Shown here one piece after another: positions 1-9,244 of a stretch of 64,000 nucleotides of DNA. How positions within the stretch are numbered: position 1 is the stretch's first letter; the number at the start of each line of letters is the position of its first letter. The notes under the pieces are model-generated. The model was not told the DNA's origin. It worked only from the letters and a program-made list of their open reading frames with translations, and ran no database searches. The translations under genes and the position numbers were made by a program. This DNA comes from Escherichia phage APCEc01, in the sequence record NC_029091.1, one strand, 5' to 3'.

Positions 1-1023
1 ATGGCTGAATGGATAGATAATGAATTTGCTTATCGTGCGTTTTCTCACCTCCCTCGTTTTAGACAAATCAATAATTCAAGCACATTTAAATTAACGTTTC
101 GTTGTCCAGTTTGTGGCGACTCCCAGACAGATGCAATGAAAGCCCGCGGTTGGTATTACGGTGGTACTCCTGGTAATGTACATTGCTATAACTGTCAATA
201 CCACAATACAATTTCAGGATACTTAAAAGAGTACGATGAAGAGCTTTATCGCGAGTATCTAATGGAAGTTCGTAAAGAAAAAGCTAGAATGGAACCAAAG
301 ATTGAAAAGGTTCCTGAAGCTAAGCCGGAGCCAGAGAAAAAGACTATAAATTCTTTGCCGTCTTGTTCTCGTCTGGACAAGCTGCCTGAAGAGCATCCTA
401 TTGTGAAATATGTTAAGACTCGGTGTATTCCTAAAGAATCATGGAACAGATTATGGTTCACATTAGAATGGCCCAAATTGGTCAACAAGATTCAACCTGG
501 TACGTATAAGAAAGAGATTCCCGAACCACGTTTAGTTATTCCTATTTTTAATAAAGATGGGAAGGCCGAGTCATTCCAAGGACGTGCACTTCGTAAAGAT
601 GCTCCTCAGAAATATATCACTATTAAAGCGTTTGAGTCTGCAACAAAAATTTATGGTGTTGAACGTGTTAAGGAAGGGGACGTCTGGGTAATGGAAGGCC
701 CTATTGATAGTTTATTCATACCCAATGCAATCGCTATTACAGGCGGCTCGATAGATTTAGATGTGGTACCATTTAAAGAACGTCGGGTATGGGTAATGGA
801 TAATGAACCTAGGCATCCGGATACTATAGCTCGCATGAAGCGATTAGTTGATGCAGGCGAACGTGTCATGTTCTGGGACCGAGCTCCATGGAGATCAAAG
901 GATGTGAATGATATGGTAATGAAAGAAAATGCAACACCACAAGAAATTTTAGAATATATGAAACAGAATATTTCAAGTGGGTTGCATGCTAAAATGAGAT
1001 TATCTCGTTATTCGAAGATTTAA
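1..1023 (+). CDS. 61: DNA primase gp61
   Basis: 340 aa; N-terminal zinc ribbon CPVCGDS...CYNC; TOPRIM-like MEGPIDSLF and DNEPRH; near-colinear with T4 gp61 (342 aa) as I recall it. Confidence 0.9.
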   Translation: MAEWIDNEFAYRAFSHLPRFRQINNSSTFKLTFRCPVCGDSQTDAMKARGWYYGGTPGNVHCYNCQYHNTISGYLKEYDEELYREYLMEVRKEKARMEPKIEKVPEAKPEPEKKTINSLPSCSRLDKLPEEHPIVKYVKTRCIPKESWNRLWFTLEWPKLVNKIQPGTYKKEIPEPRLVIPIFNKDGKAESFQGRALRKDAPQKYITIKAFESATKIYGVERVKEGDVWVMEGPIDSLFIPNAIAITGGSIDLDVVPFKERRVWVMDNEPRHPDTIARMKRLVDAGERVMFWDRAPWRSKDVNDMVMKENATPQEILEYMKQNISSGLHAKMRLSRYSKI

Positions 1024-1217
1024 ACAAGCCCTATAATAGCAAAGGCCAAATCAACTACAGTATCCAATGGAACAGAAGGAACTATAATACCATGGGCAAC
1101 TAACAATGGTGCAATCCCGAAGTTCCATGAAATAATGCCACCTACAACTATTGCAGCGATAGCAGTTTTCTTTTTATTGCCTTTAATAGCGTTGATTAAC
1201 GATGGAAGTTTAAACAT
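1020..1217 (-). CDS. small hydrophobic membrane protein, antisense to the early genes
   Basis: 65 aa; strong SD (TAAGGAGAT) 5 nt before ATG; hydrophobic segments AIAAIVVGGII and LLVAHGIIV; late-promoter-like ATAAATA upstream on the minus strand. Confidence 0.4.
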   Translation of the reverse strand: MFKLPSLINAIKGNKKKTAIAAIVVGGIISWNFGIAPLLVAHGIIVPSVPLDTVVDLAFAIIGLV

Positions 1218-1305
1218 AATATCTCCTTAGTTACCTATTATTTATTACGCTTTATAAAATTAATGTTAGAATTAACTCTCTTATACTGAATTGAAAGGAA
1301 AAATA

Positions 1306-1827
1306 ATGGCACACTTTAACGAATGTTCACAACTTATTTCTGGTGTTGATAAAGCGGAAGAAGCTTATTTTAATGCTCTGATTCACGAAGATAAAGACCC
1401 ACTGCAGGTAATGCTTGATATGCAGAAATCTTTACAGGTTCGTCTGGCAAATGACAAGCCTGAACATAACAAACATCCTGATGAATTGGCCACTGCTGGT
1501 GATGTTGTTGATTGGCTGCGTAATCAGAAAGATTATATTGATGATGAATTCCGTGAACTGCTGACTTCACTTGGCGGTATGAGCAATGGTGAAAAAGCCG
1601 CCAGCAGTGTATGGAAGCCGTGGAAGGCACAACATGCTGAATATCGAAATCGTCGTATCGATGAACTGTCTCCTGAAGACCAGCTTGAAATTAAATTTGA
1701 AATGATTGATATTCTGCATTTCGTTCTAAATATGTTCCAAGGTCTAGGTCTTTCGGCTGAAGAAATCTTTAAACTTTACTACTTGAAAAACCAACACAAC
1801 TTTGAACGTCAGGATAATGGTTACTGA
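1306..1827 (+). CDS. 56: dCTP pyrophosphatase gp56 (MazG-like)
   Basis: Start MAHFNEC at ATG 1306 with RBS AAAGGA (track start 1291 is TTG); about 173 aa; matches T4 gp56 by recollection. Confidence 0.85.
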   Translation: MAHFNECSQLISGVDKAEEAYFNALIHEDKDPLQVMLDMQKSLQVRLANDKPEHNKHPDELATAGDVVDWLRNQKDYIDDEFRELLTSLGGMSNGEKAASSVWKPWKAQHAEYRNRRIDELSPEDQLEIKFEMIDILHFVLNMFQGLGLSAEEIFKLYYLKNQHNFERQDNGY

Positions 1828-1872
1828 TTAAGTTATAAATACACCTGTAATTAAACAACAAAGGAGTTAATT

Positions 1873-2109
1873 ATGGGTGGTTACGTTAATATCAAAACCT
1901 TTACACGTCCGGCTGGTGAAGGTAAAGAAGTTAAAGGTATGGAAGTTTCTGTACCGTTTGAAATTTATTCAAACGAACATCGGATTGCAGATTCTCATTA
2001 TCAGACCTTTCCTTCTGAAAAGGCGGCATATTCTACTGTAGTTTCTGATGCAGCTGACTGGAAAACTAAGAATGCTGCAATGTTTACGCCTACACAAATA
2101 GGTGGTTAA
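1873..2109 (+). CDS. soc: small outer capsid protein Soc
   Basis: 78 aa; GYVNIKTF and HYQTFPSEKAAYSTV match T4 Soc. Confidence 0.85.
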   Translation: MGGYVNIKTFTRPAGEGKEVKGMEVSVPFEIYSNEHRIADSHYQTFPSEKAAYSTVVSDAADWKTKNAAMFTPTQIGG

Positions 2110-2117
2110 TAATTCAA

Positions 2118-2145
2118 GGAATCCTTCGGGATTCCTTTTTTTTTG
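2118..2145 (+). terminator. rho-independent terminator after soc
   Basis: Hairpin AGGAATCCTTCGGGATTCCT followed by a T-run. Confidence 0.7.
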
Positions 2146-2211
2146 TTTCTACAGTTTACAACCACTAAAAACTGTGTTAAGATATTCTTACTTACTCAAG
2201 AGGAGAACAAT

Positions 2212-2439
2212 ATGTTAAATCGTTGGATTAAACCTAATAACACATTAGGTGCTTTGATTGCTCAAGAAGTTTCGTTGAAATACGGTCTTGGATATTACGA
2301 TGATGTAGTCGTACACTCATTCATGATGGATGGTGAAGACGTCAAATTTAATGCCGAAATCCGCTGGGATGACGGTGGTGTTCGTTTTGTTCGAGGAACA
2401 ATTAATGCTTACGATACTGAAGAAGTTGTTTGCTGTTAA
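2212..2439 (+). CDS. hypothetical small protein
   Basis: 75 aa from ATG 2212 with RBS GAGGAG; track start 2143 is TTG. Confidence 0.5.
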   Translation: MLNRWIKPNNTLGALIAQEVSLKYGLGYYDDVVVHSFMMDGEDVKFNAEIRWDDGGVRFVRGTINAYDTEEVVCC

Positions 2440-2452
2440 ACCAGGCGAAGGT

Positions 2453-2653
2453 ATGATGCCTATTCCTGATACACACGAAAAAAGTTGGGAATATATCGGT
2501 GACGGAATGATGGAAGAAGTTGTTCGTCCAAAAACAAAACAGGTTAATGCTTCAAGCTCTTCAAGTTATAATCATTCATACGTATCGTCTTGGCCTGGTG
2601 ATTCTGGGTCAAGTTATTCTGATTGTGGTTCAAGCTCAGGGAGCTGCGAATGA
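2453..2653 (+). CDS. hypothetical small protein with Ser-rich C-terminus
   Basis: 66 aa from ATG 2453; C-terminal SSSSSYNHSYVSSWPGDSGSSYSDCGSSSGSCE. Confidence 0.4.
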   Translation: MMPIPDTHEKSWEYIGDGMMEEVVRPKTKQVNASSSSSYNHSYVSSWPGDSGSSYSDCGSSSGSCE

Positions 2654-2829
2654 ACAAGATAGTTAAATGGTTTAAAAGCTGGGACGATGGTGTCGGTCCA
2701 GAAGATTGGCTGGATGTTCTTGAAGAGAATATGGCTAAAGAATTCAAGAAACATGAAGAAAAGCTCGTCGAAGATGAAGGCGGACGTATTGTAAAACTTT
2801 ATATGGGTGAACCATCGAGGAAATTATAA
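2650..2829 (+). CDS. hypothetical small protein
   Basis: 59 aa; ATG overlaps upstream stop (ATGA). Confidence 0.45.
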   Translation: MNKIVKWFKSWDDGVGPEDWLDVLEENMAKEFKKHEEKLVEDEGGRIVKLYMGEPSRKL

Positions 2830-3293
2830 TGGATGCTATGCTATTTAAAATGTATTTGCTTGAAGCCAAGTCATTTAAACATATACCAGTGGAAGATAAG
2901 ACTCCACTAGAAATAGCTATTCTCATTAACAAAAGTCTAAATAATCCGCAATATATCATAGAAGAATTCTGCAAATTGCAGATTCCTAAAGGTTACAAAA
3001 TTCGTGTAGAGCGAGTTGGAGCTATTACTCATTCTAAAAATTCTCCGTTTAGTCTTGAAGAAGGCATAAAGGACTTAGGTTATGAATCTACGGAAAATGC
3101 CGTTTATGTGAATCCAGAAAAGCGTTTAGATTTGTTTGAAAAGCGAGACCATAAGTATTTTGCCAAAAAATACTTTATTACATCATTAGCAGATTTAATC
3201 CATTTGCAACGAGCTATTTGGAAATTTTTTAAGACAAAAGGTGTAGCGCTAGAAACATTCTCTGAGCAGCCTAGTTTTTATTTAGGTGAATAA
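2829..3293 (+). CDS. hypothetical protein
   Basis: 154 aa; ATG overlaps upstream stop; no motif recognised. Confidence 0.5.
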   Translation: MDAMLFKMYLLEAKSFKHIPVEDKTPLEIAILINKSLNNPQYIIEEFCKLQIPKGYKIRVERVGAITHSKNSPFSLEEGIKDLGYESTENAVYVNPEKRLDLFEKRDHKYFAKKYFITSLADLIHLQRAIWKFFKTKGVALETFSEQPSFYLGE

Positions 3294-3294
3294 T

Positions 3295-3474
3295 ATGGAC
3301 CTTATGAGTATGTTTGACGAGCCTGAAGTTGAGGCTCCTAAAGTGCATCGTAGTGAACTTGTTGATGAACTAGATAGTATTATACAACGACATGGCTTTA
3401 GTTTACCTGTCGAAGCTCTGAAAGACCTTGCCTCTTATTATGACGACCCTCCACCATGGAGTCCTTGGAAATGA
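3295..3474 (+). CDS. hypothetical small protein
   Basis: 59 aa from ATG 3295 (track start 3286 is GTG). Confidence 0.4.
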   Translation: MDLMSMFDEPEVEAPKVHRSELVDELDSIIQRHGFSLPVEALKDLASYYDDPPPWSPWK

Positions 3475-3635
3475 AAGAGAAATTTAAAGAGAAATTCTTA
3501 CTAGAAATCAAGGAAAAAGACTTTGAGACATGGTATCGAATGGTGAAAGGGTTGACATTGCTTTTTAAAGCATCCTTATTCATGTTAAAACAACCTGGTC
3601 CTGATGGTCCTTTAGTAGGAAAGCTTAAAAAGTAG
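3471..3635 (+). CDS. hypothetical small protein
   Basis: 54 aa; ATGA overlap with upstream ORF; below the ORF-track length cut-off. Confidence 0.35.
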   Translation: MKEKFKEKFLLEIKEKDFETWYRMVKGLTLLFKASLFMLKQPGPDGPLVGKLKK

Positions 3636-3663
3636 TTTACATTCCCTCCTCTCGTGTTATGAT
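3635..3663 (+). promoter_or_regulatory. T4-type early promoter
   Basis: GTTTAC, 17-nt spacer, TATGAT; upstream of the modB-like gene. Confidence 0.55.
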
Positions 3664-3690
3664 AGGCTTATCTTTAAATGGAGGTCTATC

Positions 3691-4272
3691 ATGACATGTC
3701 AATCTGAACTTCAAGAACGTGAATACCTAACAAATCTGATTGATAGCAAATTCACCCGCCAAGAACAAAACATTCTCTGGGCTTGCACCGATTCTAAGGA
3801 AGACCCGGATTTCCACTATGAATTAGACCATCTTGTTCGTAAGCATATGACTTCTACAGCACCAGTAGAACTCTACCGTGGTGTAACTCCAGAAGAAGTA
3901 GAACGTCTTTCCCTTCTTTCTGTTGGATGCCATTGGTCTCCTGGACGAGTAACGTCGTTCACAACTGATTTCAGTACAGCTCGTCAATTCTCCGGGAGAT
4001 GGGAATATCAGACGTACACTATTCTTAGTCTCAGGAATGCTCCATTCATTTTTGATTACTACCAAAATATGGTTAACATTGTACTCGCCGGAAAGAACCC
4101 TAAGCATGTTATGGAAGAAACTCGTATCGATGTCCTAGATATGATTGAATCTGAACAAGAGTACATGGTCTCAGGCATCTCTCGATTTGAGATTGTGGAA
4201 ATTGAAGACTTAGAATATGACCCTTTATCTCGATTATACAAAATCATTCATTTGAAAATGTTGAATTTTTAG
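3691..4272 (+). CDS. modB: ADP-ribosyltransferase, ModA/ModB family
   Basis: 193 aa; R-S-E triad elements: LYRG, STS-like FTTDFSTA, E-Q-E (EQEYMVSG); position matches T4 modB. Confidence 0.6.
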   Translation: MTCQSELQEREYLTNLIDSKFTRQEQNILWACTDSKEDPDFHYELDHLVRKHMTSTAPVELYRGVTPEEVERLSLLSVGCHWSPGRVTSFTTDFSTARQFSGRWEYQTYTILSLRNAPFIFDYYQNMVNIVLAGKNPKHVMEETRIDVLDMIESEQEYMVSGISRFEIVEIEDLEYDPLSRLYKIIHLKMLNF

Positions 4273-4329
4273 TGTACAAACTCTTCCGATGATGATATTA
4301 TACCTTTATCAACCACAGGAGAAACCTAA

Positions 4330-4938
4330 ATGTTTATGCCGTATAACGAGTGTGAAATTGAAGAAATGGTTCGTCGTGCTCAAAACCCCGAATATCAAGA
4401 TGTATTGCAGTACGAAATTGATAGTCAATTCAACGATAATGAACAAAGCATCCTTTGGCAGTGTATGGAAAACAAGCCAGACTGTATTCAACAGGAGTTA
4501 AGTTCAATCGTTCGTAGAAATTGGACGTCTTCTGTTCCTGAGACAATGTATCGTGGAATCTCTAAGAAAACTATGGCCACACTTGATGATAAAGGCATTG
4601 GTAGTATTATTAAATTTGACAGAGTAATGAGCTTCAGCCCAGTGTTCGGTGTAGCACGTAACTTTGCTTCGTATAATTTTTACGGAACATTTAATATGTT
4701 CTGCATCAAAGATGCACCATTTGCTTTCAACTTCCGTGAACATATGCTTAACATGATTCTGGCTGCGCCATCTTGTGAGTTCAATGGAGCTTTCCCTGAA
4801 GCGACAAGACGGTCTAATGCTAGACTTATATCCGACGAATGTGAATTTATGCTCCCTATAGGGACTACACTGCGTGTAGATTCTATTATTCAAGATGGAC
4901 GTTATACAATCTGGAATCTGTCTATTGTCAGTTACTGA
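4330..4938 (+). CDS. modA: ADP-ribosyltransferase, ModA/ModB family
   Basis: 202 aa; MYRG, SFS, E-C-E-F motif; tandem to the preceding paralog. Confidence 0.6.
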   Translation: MFMPYNECEIEEMVRRAQNPEYQDVLQYEIDSQFNDNEQSILWQCMENKPDCIQQELSSIVRRNWTSSVPETMYRGISKKTMATLDDKGIGSIIKFDRVMSFSPVFGVARNFASYNFYGTFNMFCIKDAPFAFNFREHMLNMILAAPSCEFNGAFPEATRRSNARLISDECEFMLPIGTTLRVDSIIQDGRYTIWNLSIVSY

Positions 4939-5091
4939 CTGAATTGGAATAACCGGATGGAACTCAGAACCATTATAACACATAAAAAATTAAAGCATTT
5001 TACGAAAAAAGAGTGTACACTACCTGAGGGCATGATATTATAAGCTTATCAGCTAAATGACCTTAACGTCCGTAAGACAGAGGAAAATATT

Positions 5092-5838
5092 ATGTTATCA
5101 AATAATAAAATTAACAAAATCAATCGTCGTCTTGACCACACCAGAGCTTCTGCGAAGAGACGCTCTAAGGATTTTAACTTAGACTTTAATTACCTTAAAA
5201 ACATTCTTGATCAAAAGGTCTGCGCTTACTCAGGTGAATCTTTCAATAACTCTGTTGAAGGTGAGAAATTATCCTTAGAACGTTTTAATAACGATATCGG
5301 CTACATTAAAGGTAATGTTATCCCGGTTAAGAAAAAATATAACACGGCTCGTTCTGATTTAACATTAGAAGAACTTATTGAGAAACGTGACGCTGTTGCA
5401 AGACGTATCGCTAATCCTTCTGCCCGTAAAGTAGAGAAACTTAATCTCGACGAGAAGAAATGGGCCCAAATTAAAAAGGTTTATGATACTATTTTAAAAA
5501 TCCGAGCAAAACGTGAAAATCGTGTTAAGCATATGGCGAACATGATGAAAAATCAACCTTTATCTAACGAATCTAAACTTAGAATTGTTGCTTTGAAAGC
5601 ACGCATTAATGGCTCACATCAAGCAGAAGGCCATGAACTTACTAAACTCAACGTTCTTCTTAAAGGCTCTGACTGGAAAACTAAAACTAAATTAACTGAC
5701 GCTGAATCGCTTTTCGATACATATGATAAAGTTATCCAAGGTCTGCAACGTTTTGAAAAGATTGGTTTCATTGGTAAATTAAAATTGAAACGTGGCTTAC
5801 CACTTAGCGCATCATTATTCCAACTGATTAAAGGTTAA
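5092..5838 (+). CDS. Srd-like protein (assigned by position and size)
   Basis: 248 aa, basic; lies between modA and dda as T4 srd does; no sequence confirmation. Confidence 0.4.
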   Translation: MLSNNKINKINRRLDHTRASAKRRSKDFNLDFNYLKNILDQKVCAYSGESFNNSVEGEKLSLERFNNDIGYIKGNVIPVKKKYNTARSDLTLEELIEKRDAVARRIANPSARKVEKLNLDEKKWAQIKKVYDTILKIRAKRENRVKHMANMMKNQPLSNESKLRIVALKARINGSHQAEGHELTKLNVLLKGSDWKTKTKLTDAESLFDTYDKVIQGLQRFEKIGFIGKLKLKRGLPLSASLFQLIKG

Positions 5839-5840
5839 TT

Positions 5841-6152
5841 ATGGTTTATGTATATGCAATAGTTTATCGAGATATGGAAGGATTTACTGTCCCAGTTCCA
5901 CTTGATGAACATCGTCCTGCAGTATTTTTTAGAAAGGATATTGCAGATAAAGTTTTCGATACTTTGAAAACACAGTATAAAACAGATTTAAAAATGGGAG
6001 TTCTAAGAATGGTCGAAACTCCGCGTAAGTTCTGGTTTAATAAGCTTGAAATGAAACACGTTAAACTAGATGCGGAGACGCAAAGATTGTATCAACGAAT
6101 TCTGGACACAGGCCATATTGTTAGTATTCCAATTGCAGGGACTTTACGATGA
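5841..6152 (+). CDS. hypothetical protein (dda.1 position)
   Basis: 103 aa, immediately upstream of and overlapping dda. Confidence 0.5.
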   Translation: MVYVYAIVYRDMEGFTVPVPLDEHRPAVFFRKDIADKVFDTLKTQYKTDLKMGVLRMVETPRKFWFNKLEMKHVKLDAETQRLYQRILDTGHIVSIPIAGTLR

Positions 6153-7462
6153 CATTTGATGATTTGACTGAAGGCCAGAAAAACGCCTTCAACGTTGTTA
6201 TGAACGCTATTAAAGAAAAGAAACATCATGTAACTATTAATGGGCCTGCTGGTACAGGTAAAACAACCCTTACTAGATTCATCGTTGAAGCTCTTATTTC
6301 TGCCGGAGAATCAGGTATTATTTTAGCAGCCCCTACACATGCTGCTAAAAAGGTTCTAAGCAAACTTGCAGGTCAAGAAGCATCGACTATTCATAGCATT
6401 CTTAAAATCAACCCAACTACATACGAAGAAAACGTATTGTTTGAACAGAAAAAGGTTCCCGACTTAGCCTTGTGTCGTGTACTGTTATTTGATGAAGCGT
6501 CAATGTGCGACCGTTCTCTGTTTAAAATAATGTTAGCTAGTATCCCTAAATGGTGCACAGTAATTGGAATCGGCGACCGATGCCAGATTCGACCGGTAGA
6601 CCCAGGCGAATCAACTGCATATCTAAGTCCTTTCTTCACTCACAAAGACTTCGTGCAATGCAACCTTACAGAAGTTAAACGTAGCAATGCACCAATTATT
6701 GATGTTGCGACTGATATTCGTAATGGCAAATGGATTTACGATAAAGTAGTTGATGGACACGGTGTTCACGGATATACAGACCTTAAATCGTATATGATGA
6801 ACTATTTTAACGTCGTTAAAACTCCTGAAGACCTTTTCGAAAATCGAATGATGGCATTCACAAATAAGTCGGTGGACAAGTTAAATTCAATTATTCGCCG
6901 AAAACTTCTTGAAACAGAAAAACCATTTATTAAAGACGAAGTCATTGTTCTACAAGAGCCGTTTACTAAGACGTACAAGCTAGATGGCAAAAATATGACT
7001 GAAATGCTTTTCAATAATGGGCAATTCGTTCGTATTCGAGATGCTGTAGAAACGTCTACATTCGTTAAAGCACGTGGTGTTTCAGGCGAATATATGATAC
7101 GATACTGGAATCTTACAGTAGAAACATATGGGGATGATGAAGAATACATCCGCGAAGATATAAAGGTTATTTCTTCTGAAGAAGAGCTTTATAAATTCAA
7201 TTTGTTTTTGGCTAAGACCGCAGAAACATACAAATTCTGGAATAAAGGCGGTAAAGCTCCATGGAGCGAATTCTGGGATGCTAAACGTATGTTCACTAAG
7301 GTGAAGGCACTACCAGTATCAACCTTCCATAAGGCCCAGGGTATGTCTGTTGACACGGCCTTTGTTTATACACCGTGTATCCATTATGCTGATTCAGAAT
7401 TAGCTAAACAGTTATTGTATGTCGGCACAACTCGTGGTCGTTTTGACGTCCATTTTATTTGA
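6149..7462 (+). CDS. dda: Dda DNA helicase (SF1)
   Basis: 437 aa; Walker A GPAGTGKTT; matches T4 Dda (439 aa). Confidence 0.9.
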   Translation: MTFDDLTEGQKNAFNVVMNAIKEKKHHVTINGPAGTGKTTLTRFIVEALISAGESGIILAAPTHAAKKVLSKLAGQEASTIHSILKINPTTYEENVLFEQKKVPDLALCRVLLFDEASMCDRSLFKIMLASIPKWCTVIGIGDRCQIRPVDPGESTAYLSPFFTHKDFVQCNLTEVKRSNAPIIDVATDIRNGKWIYDKVVDGHGVHGYTDLKSYMMNYFNVVKTPEDLFENRMMAFTNKSVDKLNSIIRRKLLETEKPFIKDEVIVLQEPFTKTYKLDGKNMTEMLFNNGQFVRIRDAVETSTFVKARGVSGEYMIRYWNLTVETYGDDEEYIREDIKVISSEEELYKFNLFLAKTAETYKFWNKGGKAPWSEFWDAKRMFTKVKALPVSTFHKAQGMSVDTAFVYTPCIHYADSELAKQLLYVGTTRGRFDVHFI

Positions 7463-7471
7463 GAGAAAATT

Positions 7472-8149
7472 ATGAGCACTGATGTTATTATAGATTTTGA
7501 AACATTCGGCAATACATCAAAAGCGGCTGTTATTGACCTTGCGGTTATTGCATATAATTCCGACCCTGAAGTTGTTGAATCATTTGAAGAACTTGTTCAA
7601 CGAGGTAAGCGAATTAAATTTAATTTAGCTTCTCAGAAAGGGAAGCGAGTTTTCGCTAAATCCACTATGAAATGGTGGAAAGAACAATCGGCTGAAGCGC
7701 GTAAAAACTTGGCTCCGTCTGAAGACGATGTCACTACGCTTGAAGGCATTAAAATCTTTTTAGACTATTGCCGAGCTAATAAAGTTGACCAATGGAAATC
7801 ACAGATGTGGTGCCGTGGTATGAGCTTTGACTTCCCGATCTTGGTCGATTTGATTCGTGACCTCTATCGTGATGAAGGTGTTCTTGAACCAGAGATTGAT
7901 ACTGATAAATTAGAACCGGTTAAATTCTGGGCTCAACGTGATATTCGTACGGCAATCGAAGCTTACTCGTTGACACGAGGATTAAGTATGTGTCCATTAC
8001 CGATGGGTACGCTAAAAGGATTCGTTGCCCATGATAGTATTCATGATTGTGCTAAAGATATTTTGATGTTAAAATATGCTCAGCGTTATGCGCTTGGCCT
8101 TGAAGATGTCCCTGAGAATCCTGACCCGTTAAGTGTAAAACAGCGATAA
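7472..8149 (+). CDS. dexA: exonuclease A
   Basis: 225 aa; DEDD-type motif IIDFETFG; matches T4 DexA in size and position. Confidence 0.8.
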   Translation: MSTDVIIDFETFGNTSKAAVIDLAVIAYNSDPEVVESFEELVQRGKRIKFNLASQKGKRVFAKSTMKWWKEQSAEARKNLAPSEDDVTTLEGIKIFLDYCRANKVDQWKSQMWCRGMSFDFPILVDLIRDLYRDEGVLEPEIDTDKLEPVKFWAQRDIRTAIEAYSLTRGLSMCPLPMGTLKGFVAHDSIHDCAKDILMLKYAQRYALGLEDVPENPDPLSVKQR

Positions 8150-8154
8150 AACCA

Positions 8155-8184
8155 GTTTACAACCAAGGATGGTTGGAGTATAAT
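8155..8184 (+). promoter_or_regulatory. T4-type early promoter
   Basis: GTTTAC, 18-nt spacer, TATAAT. Confidence 0.6.
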
Positions 8185-8215
8185 CTTTCTATCTTAACCA
8201 AACAGGAAAAACATT

Positions 8216-8710
8216 ATGAATATCAATACTACGGCTACTTACATCCTGAAAGACGAAAAACAAATCAACTGGTACGGTGCTTCAGTGCGAGCTTATGAAA
8301 AGTTTTGTGAAATTTTAGGTGCCACTCAAGGTAATAGTTTCACTATTGTTAACTTCATCAAACAAGCTGAAGGCCCTTGGTTATTCTTAGAAATTAAAAA
8401 TTCACACGGTACAATTTCTACTACCGCCCTTCCAAGCACTGACTTTGAATTGTTGATTGAAGAAGTAGAACCCGTTAAAGACATCTGTATTGATATGGAT
8501 ATCGCTTGTATGTACGGTACTCTGATTAAGCCTATTGAGCCTACTGATTTGTTGTGTAAAGCTGTTTCAATTCGACGTCCGTTCGCAGGTCCAGTGAGTG
8601 GATGGGTAACTGATCAGTGGATTGAAGACGGTGTCGAACTTCTGAACGTTGTTCATGCAGGTGATTTTAGTGTAGTTCCACGTAGTGCTGTGGTTAATAT
8701 TCTAAATTAA
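8216..8710 (+). CDS. hypothetical protein, member A of a tandem paralog family
   Basis: 164 aa; C-terminal GWVTDQWIEDGVELLNVVHAGDFSVVP shared with the next two ORFs. Confidence 0.6.
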   Translation: MNINTTATYILKDEKQINWYGASVRAYEKFCEILGATQGNSFTIVNFIKQAEGPWLFLEIKNSHGTISTTALPSTDFELLIEEVEPVKDICIDMDIACMYGTLIKPIEPTDLLCKAVSIRRPFAGPVSGWVTDQWIEDGVELLNVVHAGDFSVVPRSAVVNILN

Positions 8711-8770
8711 TGTTGTACATCCAAGGATGGATGGAGTATAGTGAATTCAATTTAAACAAAGAGAGAAATT

Positions 8771-9235
8771 ATGATTACTATTGGTGAAATTAAGCGTGTA
8801 TCGACAGCGTCTCGTTCTAAAGCTGCAGGAAAGCTGGTTGAAGTAGTAGGACTTCGTACTAATGGCATGGGCCGTATTAAAGAAGTTAAAGTTCGAATCA
8901 TTCCTAGTTCTGGAAAAACTGAAACTCAGTTCGCCTATGTAAGTCCTAAATTCTTGGAAACTCGTGTAAGTGCCCACTTTGCTTCAAGCGATATCGTTGA
9001 GCCTACTACACAGTTCAAATGGGCCTTGTGTAAAGGTGTTGAATTCCAGACTGATAAAGAATTTGACTTCATCGATGAATACGGTTATCCAAGCAAAACT
9101 GATACTATGTGTGGCTTCATTAGCGACCAATGGGTTGAAGATGGTGAAAAGTTATACAATATCGTATTCTTAGGTGACTTCCGAGTTGTTAAAGAATCTG
9201 AAATCACTCGCTATGTGTCTCCTCGTAAAGCTTAA
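8771..9235 (+). CDS. hypothetical protein, member B of a tandem paralog family
   Basis: 154 aa; ASRSKAAGKLVEV, FKWALC and GFISDQWVEDGEKLYNIVFLGDF shared with member C. Confidence 0.6.
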   Translation: MITIGEIKRVSTASRSKAAGKLVEVVGLRTNGMGRIKEVKVRIIPSSGKTETQFAYVSPKFLETRVSAHFASSDIVEPTTQFKWALCKGVEFQTDKEFDFIDEYGYPSKTDTMCGFISDQWVEDGEKLYNIVFLGDFRVVKESEITRYVSPRKA

Positions 9236-9244
9236 GGAATTATT

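Noticed and set aside
4289-4501. Track ORFs 4289-4501 (+) and 4309-4491 (-) at the modB/modA junction
   Set aside because: They overlap the start of the ModA-like gene out of frame, and the translations are low-complexity; the ModA-like ORF with RBS at 4330 explains the region.
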